Shown here one piece after another: positions 24,746 to 32,000 of a stretch of 32,000 bases of DNA (positions within the stretch are counted from its first letter, which is position 1; every line of letters begins with the position of its first letter). Made by a program: the position numbers and the translations under genes. The stretch comes from Candidatus Angelobacter sp. (GTDB lineage Bacteria > Acidobacteriota > Terriglobia > Terriglobales > Acidobacteriaceae): positions 1 to 32,000 of the forward strand of contig DASZFU010000022.1 of NCBI GenBank assembly GCA_035939495.1, written 5' to 3'. Below the pieces are notes generated by a model, which was not told where the DNA came from, did not search any database, and saw nothing but the letters and a program-made list of their open reading frames with translations.

Positions 24746-24761
24746 TGTGACCTATATCACA
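24746..24761. promoter_or_regulatory. Perfect CRP-type palindrome TGTGA-N6-TCACA
   Basis: tgtgacctatatcaca read directly from the sequence. It lies 67 bp downstream of the Crp/Fnr gene stop and 94 bp upstream of the ATG at 24855. Assigning it as the regulator's binding site is an inference. Confidence 0.5.
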
Positions 24762-24854
24762 GACTTTTGTCCTCAAGAAAGCGATCATTGCGGCTGAGGA
24801 TGCTGGAATTGATGTGAAATAAAGGTCGTAGAAAACCCAGGAAGGTCGTTCGCC

Positions 24855-25224
24855 ATGCAAGAAGAGAAACAGGCCCCTGTTGTCCTCGTTGTCGAAGATC
24901 AACCTCAAATCCTGGCCTTGCTTGAAGAGTTTATCAGTGACCTTGGTTTTGGAGTCTTAACCGACCAAAGTGGTGCGACCGCAGAAAAAATATCTGCCAG
25001 TAACCCTAACGTCATAGACTTGCTAATCACGGACATTGAGATGCCCGGCGTGGACGGGGGCACAAAAACTTAGAACCCAAAGACCGAGTCTCCACGTCAT
25101 CTATTTGTCGGGTTCTCTGTAAAGTGTACATTACGGCCAGGACGCATTTGTGGTAGGGAGTATTTGTTTAGAAAAGCCGGTCAGCTTCAAGGAACTCACA
25201 TCTGCTATTTCACGAAGCCTTTAA
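24855..25224 (+). pseudogene. Decayed response-regulator receiver gene (frameshift + in-frame stop)
   Basis: Frame 1 reads VVLVVEDQPQILALLEE...DLLITDIEMPGVDG and then stops. The receiver continues in the +1 frame after a G5 run (25056-25060) as AQKLRTQRPSLHVIYLSGSL. That is interrupted by TAA at 25120-25122, then continues SVHYGQDAFVVGSICLEKPVSFKELTSAISRSL to 25224. Confidence 0.7.
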
Positions 25225-25578
25225 TTTCCCTTCGCCAAGAAAAGAACGAAGCGCCGCTTGCTCGTCGTCAAACACTTCGAACACGGTATAGAGCTTGGTG
25301 ATCTGCAAGAGGCCGTGAACCTTTTGTCCCAGGTTCAGGAGTTTAAGATCTCCTCCCTCTCTGCGCGCTGCGGTAAAAGCGCTGACCAGTTCCCCGAGAC
25401 CGGAGCTGTCTATGTAGGGCACAGCCTGCAGGTTGAGCAGGATTTTTTTGTGCCCCGTAGAGATCAAGGCGCGAACCTGTTCCCGCAGGATAACCGTGCC
25501 TTCGCCGAGTGTCAGTCGCCCATTTATGTCGAGAATGATTGCGCCATCTTTTTGCCGGGGATTGATTTTTATACTCAT
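25210..25578 (-). CDS. STAS-domain anti-sigma-factor antagonist (SpoIIAA/RsbV-like)
   Basis: From the ATG at 25578 the product reads MSIKINPRQKDGAIILDINGRLTLGEG...LLNLQAVPYIDSSGLGELVSAF...LQITKLYTVFEVFDDEQAAL. It contains the canonical DSSGLG phospho-serine motif. The upstream 116 codons of ORF 25210..25926 are low-complexity and are rejected. Confidence 0.8.
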   Translation of the reverse strand: MSIKINPRQKDGAIILDINGRLTLGEGTVILREQVRALISTGHKKILLNLQAVPYIDSSGLGELVSAFTAARREGGDLKLLNLGQKVHGLLQITKLYTVFEVFDDEQAALRSFLGEGKLKAS

Positions 25579-25896
25579 AAACTGATTCTGCCATTGGAGC
25601 AATGATCGAGTCTGTATAGAAGTGAACAATTTTGCCGTTAACAGATGGGGGCTACCCAATCGATTCCGCGAGCTCCGTGCTTCCGCAGCCAACCGGATTG
25701 TATTTTGTTTATTGAATCGTTTGATAAAAGAAGGTATATTCAAAGACCTTCCGGGTTCGAACGCCGAGATCCCTGCCAAACCGGGCTTGCCGGAACCTCG
25801 CCGCAGTTCTTGCTCTCTTTGACGAATCGGACCGCTTCCGCGACGGCGGAGCTGTCCTCTGTTTGAAGACCCAAAAACCAAAGGAGACTCCCCCAG

Positions 25897-27594
25897 ATGA
25901 GAAGCACATCGAAAACTACTTTTCACATCGCAGTTGTTGTCTTTCTTACCGTGGCGGCAGCGTTAGCGCAAAGTATTCCTGCCTGGCAACCCAATACTAC
26001 CTACGCCACTGGAGCATTGGTGACATTCAATGGACAGGAATTCAAATGCCTTCAAGGCCACACATCACAGGTGGGTTGGGAACCGCCCAATGTTCCGGCG
26101 CTTTGGCAGCCCGTGAACACTGGCTCGCCGGATTTTTCACTATCCGCCACACCAGCATCGCAGTCCGTGACCTCAGGCAACAGCACAAGCTATACGATCT
26201 CGGTCGCTTCACTGAATGGCTTCAATGGGACTGTGTCGCTGAGCGTGACTGGCGCACCCAGCGGAGCGACCGCCAACTTCAGTCCGTCGTCAATCAACCA
26301 ATCCGGATCGTCGACCCTGAATGTTTCCACCGTCAGTTCAATCCCCGCGGGCAGCTTCACTCTGACTGTTACCGGTACAAGCGGCAGTCTAAGCCATGCG
26401 GCCAGTCTGACGCTCAACCTGGGTAGCGTGACCAGCCCGGGTGCAACCTCTGGAAACGTGCGCTTCCATCTGTTACTGGGCGTGGGTAATGCGCAAGACT
26501 CTTTGACTTTGGATGGCGGCAATTTCACCGACCTGATCATGTCCAACATGATTGCAGGTGTGATGTATGGCCATCTTATCCAGGAGTACGCTCCTGTTCC
26601 CGGTATCCAGTTCAACAAAGACTATCTTTATGGATCGATCATGGCCCAGTTGTTGCAAGAGAACATTGTCACCCAAGAATACCAATCGAGCAGCAACCTG
26701 CTTGATCCGGGGGCTGATCAGCAGGCGGTAATGGGAACGGGCCAGGGCGGGCCGTATCAAATCAACAACTATGCTGTAGACCTGGTTTCTGGCGGCACTG
26801 CGCCGACCGGTCATTCGCTCATCAATTACATTGCAATCCAGAAAAACATCGGCTACACCATGGCTGCGGCGTCCAGTCAATTCCAGAAGCCGACGCCACC
26901 CTCGTTCAACAACAAGTTTTACGGGCCAATGCTGCCGGCATTCTTCCACTACAACGATATGGTAGCGTTGAATGTAATCGGCAAGGGGCCAGGGGCATTT
27001 ACGACTCCTTGGCAACCGCAATATGACCAGGCGCTGGCGAACTTCACCAACCTGCCAAACAGTTTCCTTGATGTGATACTGAACGTCGCTTATAACCAGG
27101 GTTATTACGGAGGATTAGTCTCCCAATACAGCACACGCGGCGTCACGGCAACGGCGTCTACCGTAGCTTCCGTAAATTCGTACAGCTCGATTTGGGGTAA
27201 TACCAGCACCTTTGCGCAGTATCCCTACCAGGTGCATTACTACCTGGATCAGATGTATGACAATCCAATACCAACCACCAGCCCAACCACGCTGGTCACG
27301 CCGGCCAATCACATCATCTTCAGCATGACCACATTGGAAAATATCTTTTCCAGCGTATTCCAGATGCTTGATTTCTCCAATGGGTCAAACCCGGCGCAGT
27401 TCTTCACGGCGGCCCAGGCGCAAGCGGCCTTCAATTCGGCCCTGGCTCAGCATGGCGTTGCCGGTACAGCCACGCTTGATCTGAGCAATGCTACCCAGCG
27501 GGCAACGATCTTTGCGGTGATCGATAGCGCGGTCGGCAATCTTGAAACTGCGGTGGGCATGAAGTTCAACGCCACCACCAACTCGCAACTTTAA
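25897..27594 (+). CDS. Secreted multidomain protein: CBM5/12-like chitin-binding module + Ig-like domain + ~385-aa C-terminal domain with lysozyme/SLT-like motif triad
   Basis: Signal peptide (IAVVVFLTVAAALAQS). CBM5/12 pattern AWQPNTTYATGALVTFNGQEFKCLQGHTSQVGWEPPNVPALWQPV. A Ser/Thr-rich Ig-like module spans aa 78-176. The C-terminal domain has ordered motifs QEYQSS, GGPYQIN and VAYNQGYYG. AAGGAG lies 10 nt upstream of the ATG. Confidence 0.8.
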   Translation: MRSTSKTTFHIAVVVFLTVAAALAQSIPAWQPNTTYATGALVTFNGQEFKCLQGHTSQVGWEPPNVPALWQPVNTGSPDFSLSATPASQSVTSGNSTSYTISVASLNGFNGTVSLSVTGAPSGATANFSPSSINQSGSSTLNVSTVSSIPAGSFTLTVTGTSGSLSHAASLTLNLGSVTSPGATSGNVRFHLLLGVGNAQDSLTLDGGNFTDLIMSNMIAGVMYGHLIQEYAPVPGIQFNKDYLYGSIMAQLLQENIVTQEYQSSSNLLDPGADQQAVMGTGQGGPYQINNYAVDLVSGGTAPTGHSLINYIAIQKNIGYTMAAASSQFQKPTPPSFNNKFYGPMLPAFFHYNDMVALNVIGKGPGAFTTPWQPQYDQALANFTNLPNSFLDVILNVAYNQGYYGGLVSQYSTRGVTATASTVASVNSYSSIWGNTSTFAQYPYQVHYYLDQMYDNPIPTTSPTTLVTPANHIIFSMTTLENIFSSVFQMLDFSNGSNPAQFFTAAQAQAAFNSALAQHGVAGTATLDLSNATQRATIFAVIDSAVGNLETAVGMKFNATTNSQL

Positions 27595-27616
27595 CAATCC
27601 ATGATTACAAGCAATC

Positions 27617-27655
27617 ATCAGCCCCAAATCTGCTGATTTGGGGCTGATCCTTTTA
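27617..27655 (+). terminator. Rho-independent terminator
   Basis: Perfect 14-bp stem atcagccccaaatc / gatttggggctgat with a tgct loop (27617-27648), followed by ccttttaa. It lies 23 nt after the stop at 27594. Confidence 0.85.
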
Positions 27656-27762
27656 ACATGCATTCTCTGTCACAGCGGCCAAAGCCGAATAACTGCATGG
27701 AGCATAGGGTAAAATCAGCCTAACATCCGGCCAGACAGGTTTTTCCAGAGTGGAGAAGATTG

Positions 27763-29943
27763 ATGTCAATAAGATTCTTGCGCCTCGGCTCCTGCATTCT
27801 GAAAGCGTTCGTTGTCACGTTCGTGGTGACCAGCGGCTTCTCTCAACCAGCCAAACCGCCGGCACTTGAAGCGGTTGAAATTAGTGCGGCCAAACCTGGA
27901 GACCAGATAACGACTCTGGGCATTTTGCCCAATGGGCATATTTATTTTCGTAACGTACCGCTGAGAAAGATTATTGCTGCCGCTTACAACATTGACGAAG
28001 ATCTCGTTACTGGAGGACCGGAATGGATCAATTCCGATCGCTTCAATGTAGTTGCCAAAGCCGCGCCAACAACTTCGCAACCTGAGCGCCTGGCGATGCT
28101 CCAAGCCTTGTTAGCTGAGCGGTTCAAGCTCACGGTCCACCACGATCCCAAACCCGACCCGGTCTATATATTGACGCTTAGCAAGGATGGGCACAGACTG
28201 CAACCGGCAGCCAATCCGGGTTCGGCGAGCTTTGCGCCCACCCGTGGCGAGCCGAGGCAGGTCCACGTGCTGTGCCACTCCTGCAGCATGGCATATCTGG
28301 CTGACCTGCTGCCTCAGATCGCACCCGGGTATCTGTCGCTGCCGGTCATCGATAAGACCGGATTAAAAGGTGACTTTGACTTCCAGATAGACTGGATGGG
28401 CAGAGGCCAATATGACACCGTTGCTGCGGCCACCGCCTCAGGCGCTCCCAAAGATGCGCTGGCCCTCTCCATCTTTGATGCTCTGGCGAAATTAGGCCTA
28501 TCACTGGAAAAAGACGAGAACCAGAAAGACACGATTGTCGTGGATAGCGCGGGACGTATCTCCACGAAGAGTGCTGCCAACCTCTTCCCGGAGCTGAAAC
28601 CCGATCAGGTAAGCAACATTGATCGCTTTGTCAAAGATGAAATCGCACGGGAGCAGACTCCGGGAGTGGCGGTAGGCGTTTACAGTCGCGGACAGATTCT
28701 GCTGGCCAAAGGTTATGGATTGGCCAATGTGGAACTGAATGTACCGGTCATCCCGGAGACCATTTTTCAATCGGGATCGGTGGGAAAACAATTTGTTTCA
28801 GCGGCAATAATGATGCTGGTAGAGGAAGGAAAAGTTGGGCTGGACGATAGCATTACGAAGTACTTCCCTAACGCCCCGGAAAGCTGGAAGCCGATCCTGG
28901 TCAAGAATTTGCTTTCCCATACTTCAGGACTTGCCGAGTACGAGACTCTTGAAACCAGAGGGCCGAAAGGACCTTTCTATCTTCGCCTTGATTTTACCGA
29001 AGATGAACTGGTGGAAAAGGTAGAGGCTCTGCCCATCGAATTCGCGCCCGGCGAGAAATGGAACTACCGCAACACCAATTATTTACTGCTCGGCATCCTC
29101 ATCCACAAAGTAACGGGCCTGCACTTCGCAGACTACCTTCAGGAAAGAATCTTCAAACCATGGTACATGGTGTCAACCCGTCTGATCAGTGAAAAAGATA
29201 TTATTCCCAATCGATCGTCGGGATACCAATTGGTTGCGCGCAAACTGCGCAACCAGGATTGGGTCTCGCCCACGTTCAACTCAACCGGGGATGGCACGCT
29301 CTATTTCAACGTGCTGGATCTGGCCAAATGGGATGAAGCGCTCTACGGCGCCAGCCTGCTCAAACAACCCAGCCTCGACCGTACATGGACGGTGTTTCCC
29401 CTCAACGACGGCACGCCCAATCCAGCCAATTATGGCTTTGGATGGGGCATTTCAACTGTAAATGGACACAAGTTGATCGAGCATGGCGGCTCATGGCAAG
29501 GGTTCACCTGCTCCATTCACCGCTATGTGGATGACAACCTGACTGTAGTCGTGCTCACCAACTCGGCCAACGCCAATCCAGTCCTGCTTGCATCCAGGAT
29601 CGCCGAATTCGTGATTCCTGCGCTCGCGCCGCCTCCGCCTCGGGCTTATAAAGAGGTTGCGGTGAACCCGAAACTCTTTACCGGATATGTTGGAAAATAC
29701 CAACTCGCTTCGGATTTCATTATCACGATCACTCAACAAGGCGGACATCTGTTGATGCAGGCTACTAACCAGCCGTTACTCCCGTTGTCTGCAACCGGTG
29801 ACCGGGAATTCTTTTTGAGACAGTCTGAAGGGCCGGGCTTGTTCCGAAACATCGGAATTACCTTCGTGACCGATAGCCAGGGTCACGCAATCGAGTTGAT
29901 CGTTCATCAAGGCGATGAGAGGCACGCAAAGAGGATTGAATAA
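27763..29943 (+). CDS. Three-domain fusion: TIGR03435-type domain + beta-lactamase-fold serine hydrolase + DUF3471-like C-terminal domain
   Basis: The N-terminal third reads LRKIIAAAYNIDEDLVTGGPEWINSDRFNVVAKA...MLQALLAERFKLTVHHDPKPDPVYILTLSKDG, the TIGR03435 pattern. The middle has SxxK (FQSGSVGKQF), YxN (WNYRNTNY) and HGG (IEHGGSWQG). The C-terminus reads FTGYVGKYQLASDFIITITQQGGHLLMQATNQPLLPL. The ATG at 27763 has GGAGA 6 nt upstream. Confidence 0.85.
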   Translation: MSIRFLRLGSCILKAFVVTFVVTSGFSQPAKPPALEAVEISAAKPGDQITTLGILPNGHIYFRNVPLRKIIAAAYNIDEDLVTGGPEWINSDRFNVVAKAAPTTSQPERLAMLQALLAERFKLTVHHDPKPDPVYILTLSKDGHRLQPAANPGSASFAPTRGEPRQVHVLCHSCSMAYLADLLPQIAPGYLSLPVIDKTGLKGDFDFQIDWMGRGQYDTVAAATASGAPKDALALSIFDALAKLGLSLEKDENQKDTIVVDSAGRISTKSAANLFPELKPDQVSNIDRFVKDEIAREQTPGVAVGVYSRGQILLAKGYGLANVELNVPVIPETIFQSGSVGKQFVSAAIMMLVEEGKVGLDDSITKYFPNAPESWKPILVKNLLSHTSGLAEYETLETRGPKGPFYLRLDFTEDELVEKVEALPIEFAPGEKWNYRNTNYLLLGILIHKVTGLHFADYLQERIFKPWYMVSTRLISEKDIIPNRSSGYQLVARKLRNQDWVSPTFNSTGDGTLYFNVLDLAKWDEALYGASLLKQPSLDRTWTVFPLNDGTPNPANYGFGWGISTVNGHKLIEHGGSWQGFTCSIHRYVDDNLTVVVLTNSANANPVLLASRIAEFVIPALAPPPPRAYKEVAVNPKLFTGYVGKYQLASDFIITITQQGGHLLMQATNQPLLPLSATGDREFFLRQSEGPGLFRNIGITFVTDSQGHAIELIVHQGDERHAKRIE

Positions 29944-30704
29944 TGAACCTGCGCCGTCTCTACATTCTTCTCGCCGTCTGGTGTGCTTTTGTGATCGCTC
30001 CGGGCGTGTTGACGGTGCTGGGAATATTTGGCCGGATCGACATCCATACCAACATCTCAGGTGGACTAGTCCTTCTTTGGCTCGTGGGATATCTTGGGCA
30101 GTTCGCGATCTTTATGTGGATGATGAACATCGTCGGCAAGCAGAGGATTCTCTGGTGGCTGCTGGCGAGTTTGTTGCCGTGGGCCGTCGATTGGACGCTC
30201 CCGGTCTCGCCGCTGTTTCTTTTGCTGTGGCTGCCGGTCGTGACCGCGCTTGCCGGATGGATCGCCCTAGTCGCTCAACAGGCCGATTCCCTTCAGCGGC
30301 AGGGTATACGGGCTACGGGCACCGTTCTCGAAGTGCTGAAACCCTGGATGAATGTGGTGATCAACAACGTCTACATCAAGCGCAAAGTACGGCTTCGAAT
30401 CGAGCGCGATGGCGGAGTTCCAGCATACGAAGGTACTTGGAACACACTGTTCATGCTTGGAGAAATTCCCTCGCCCGGTGACAGAATTCCTCTCCTCGTT
30501 GATCCGGCAAAGCCGCAGCGATTTGAGTACCGCAAAGAGACAGGGTACACGCCTGCTGCGCCGAACCGTCGGGCAGCGTCCCACGCGGCGGGTGGAGAGA
30601 GCATCGCAGATGAACTGGAGAAACTGGCCCACCTGCGCGAGCGTGGAGTCATAACCGACTCCGAGTTCGATGCCGCTAAGAAGAAAGTGTTGCGCCGGGA
30701 TTAA
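29943..30704 (+). CDS. Membrane protein with DUF3592-like middle domain and C-terminal SHOCT domain
   Basis: Four TM helices, a soluble beta-looking segment (ATGTVLEVLKPWMNVVINNVYIKRKVRLRIERDG), and a C-terminal SHOCT motif (IADELEKLAHLRERGVITDSEFDAAKKKVL). The start overlaps the upstream stop by 1 nt (TAATG). Confidence 0.75.
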   Translation: MNLRRLYILLAVWCAFVIAPGVLTVLGIFGRIDIHTNISGGLVLLWLVGYLGQFAIFMWMMNIVGKQRILWWLLASLLPWAVDWTLPVSPLFLLLWLPVVTALAGWIALVAQQADSLQRQGIRATGTVLEVLKPWMNVVINNVYIKRKVRLRIERDGGVPAYEGTWNTLFMLGEIPSPGDRIPLLVDPAKPQRFEYRKETGYTPAAPNRRAASHAAGGESIADELEKLAHLRERGVITDSEFDAAKKKVLRRD

Positions 30705-31104
30705 CTCGCTCCCCCAGGACGGTGGTAACCATCTGCGTGTCCAGGTACTCGGTCAATTCTTGTAACTTACCATCGGCCATGCGTATGACAAAGCAGTAGG
30801 AATTGTTGTAGGGCACTCTGTCTTTGGTTGTGTTCTTGCCGTGGGCCTCGACCACCACATAATCGCCATCCGCAATGAATCGATGGCCAATCGTAGTGAT
30901 TGGAGCAGTAAGCAATTCCCCCAGAGCGCCAAACAGCTCGCGGACAACAACCTCTTTCCCAGCGTACGTTCTGGACCACTTTGTTGTGCCGGTGACGGTC
31001 CAACTGAAATCGTTTGCCATGTGACCAACGAATGGCCTGGCATTGCCTTTCGCCAACTCGGCAAAAATCTCTTGCACTAGTTCCTTGTTTTCGGCCGCAT
31101 TCAC
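30676..31104 (-). CDS. SnoaL-like / NTF2-fold (ketosteroid-isomerase-like) protein
   Basis: 142 aa with a typical SnoaL_2 layout: NKELVQEIFAELAKGNARPFVGHMANDFSWTV...RFIADGDYVVVEAHG...YNNSYCFVIRMADGKLQELTEYLDT. GTG start with AAGGAG 9 nt upstream. Its 3' end overlaps the convergent SHOCT gene by 29 bp. Confidence 0.75.
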   Translation of the reverse strand: MNAAENKELVQEIFAELAKGNARPFVGHMANDFSWTVTGTTKWSRTYAGKEVVVRELFGALGELLTAPITTIGHRFIADGDYVVVEAHGKNTTKDRVPYNNSYCFVIRMADGKLQELTEYLDTQMVTTVLGERVNPGATLSS

Positions 31105-31188
31105 GATACTTTTCTCCTTCTTCTTTGTGATTTTTTGAGATAGCTTTTAGTATCACATGGGGCTGTGAAAAATTGGGCTGGAGCTTTT

Positions 31189-31839
31189 ATGAACAAATTT
31201 ACCATTCTCCCCGGTTTGATTTTTTTGCTTTTAACTGAGTGCGTTCAAGGCCCCGCTGAACAGCAGTCAAGGGCGCAACAAAGCAATCAAAAACCAGTTT
31301 ACGAAAATCAATATATGAAAGTTATTCTGCTGCCGGGATGGGCTGCAAAAAAAGCCGGTCGCAATCCTGCCGCAGTCAATATCACCAAAGGCAATTACAT
31401 CCTTTATATAAATACCCAGGCTACTCAGGCGAGCGGTGTGGAGGGAGGGCGATTTTCCGAAATAGCCATGGGCGCGCCAAGCGCTGATGCTGTTATAACC
31501 ACGTACCCCAGCCCGCCATGCGGCAAGGGAGAATCAAGGCCAGCCTTAGCCCCGTATACCCGTAATGATTTGTATGTAAGCAAAGCTGACATGTCGTCCC
31601 AGACTTGGTGTAATGCGCCTTCGAGCGGAGCAACGGTTTGGTATTTTTCCTACATAACGGACGCTGCTGGCGGCTACTTGAATCACTACGTCCCAGGTCA
31701 GGGCCGCGCACTTGTGGTCACAATGGCATATCGTTCAAAAGATGTGAATAGCTTGCCCTTGAAAGACAGCAGAGAGCTGAATTCCATGCTTTCGGAAATG
31801 ACTTCAATAGTTAATTCGCTCAAGATAAAACGAAAATAA
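31189..31839 (+). CDS. Hypothetical secreted/lipoprotein-like protein
   Basis: ORF 31165..31839. The ATG at 31189 is preferred (TGGAG upstream). The N-terminus is hydrophobic and ends in LLLTEC. Local GC is visibly lower by eye. No family recognised. Confidence 0.55.
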   Translation: MNKFTILPGLIFLLLTECVQGPAEQQSRAQQSNQKPVYENQYMKVILLPGWAAKKAGRNPAAVNITKGNYILYINTQATQASGVEGGRFSEIAMGAPSADAVITTYPSPPCGKGESRPALAPYTRNDLYVSKADMSSQTWCNAPSSGATVWYFSYITDAAGGYLNHYVPGQGRALVVTMAYRSKDVNSLPLKDSRELNSMLSEMTSIVNSLKIKRK

Positions 31840-32000
31840 AACGTAAAAGGTTTAGAAAGAAAGACACAGTACACAAATGCGTGGTTACCTCGCCTGGATT
31901 GCGATTTTAGGAAATGCGCAATCTAAGGCCAACGGGCTAGACCTATTATAATGTTTCAAAATCGCTCCTCGTCCGGACCTGCTTAAGACAACATTTATCT

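Noticed and set aside
25579-25926. N-terminal 116-codon extension of the STAS ORF (25210..25926).
   Set aside because: The extension is Arg/Ser/Gly-rich with no domain, and it overlaps the start and SD of the divergent CBM gene. The STAS domain begins cleanly at the internal ATG at 25578.

Overview
This is a 32-kb chromosomal window of moderate-to-high GC. It most likely comes from an Acidobacteriota (Terriglobia-like) genome. That is an inference from three things: an ADOP/TIGR03434-type duplicated MacB-like permease, a TIGR03435-type domain, and REP-like intergenic repeat families. No database search was possible, so all family names come from motif recognition by eye.

I support about 27 protein-coding genes and one tRNA-Ala(GGC). 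Three gene remnants (integrase, unknown fragment, transposase) sit immediately 3' of the tRNA, and there is one decayed response-regulator gene. I also find two clean intrinsic terminators, one perfect CRP-type palindrome and several repeat structures. I see no rRNA, no CRISPR array and no intact mobile element.

Gene content is a mix of four groups:
- Envelope and redox housekeeping: DsbA-like, TlpA-like, M50 protease, Tam methyltransferase.
- Secreted glycan-active enzymes: GH25 muramidase, a GH28 with Ig/MBG repeats, and a CBM5/12 protein with a lysozyme-like domain.
- Regulators: CheY-like receiver, Crp/Fnr, STAS.
- Phylum-typical orphans.

The best candidate for an undescribed system is the tightly coupled minus-strand operon at 23318->18385. 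It encodes a 632-aa protein I cannot assign to any family, a ferritin-like ExxH protein, and a small TonB-dependent receptor. A receiver + Crp/Fnr pair is transcribed divergently from it.

Secondary candidates:
- An orphan MbtH-like fusion protein in the tRNA-linked low-GC patch.
- A TIGR03435 / beta-lactamase-fold / DUF3471 fusion coupled to a SHOCT membrane protein.
- A 1.1-kb gene-free island with 9-bp-unit inverted repeats.
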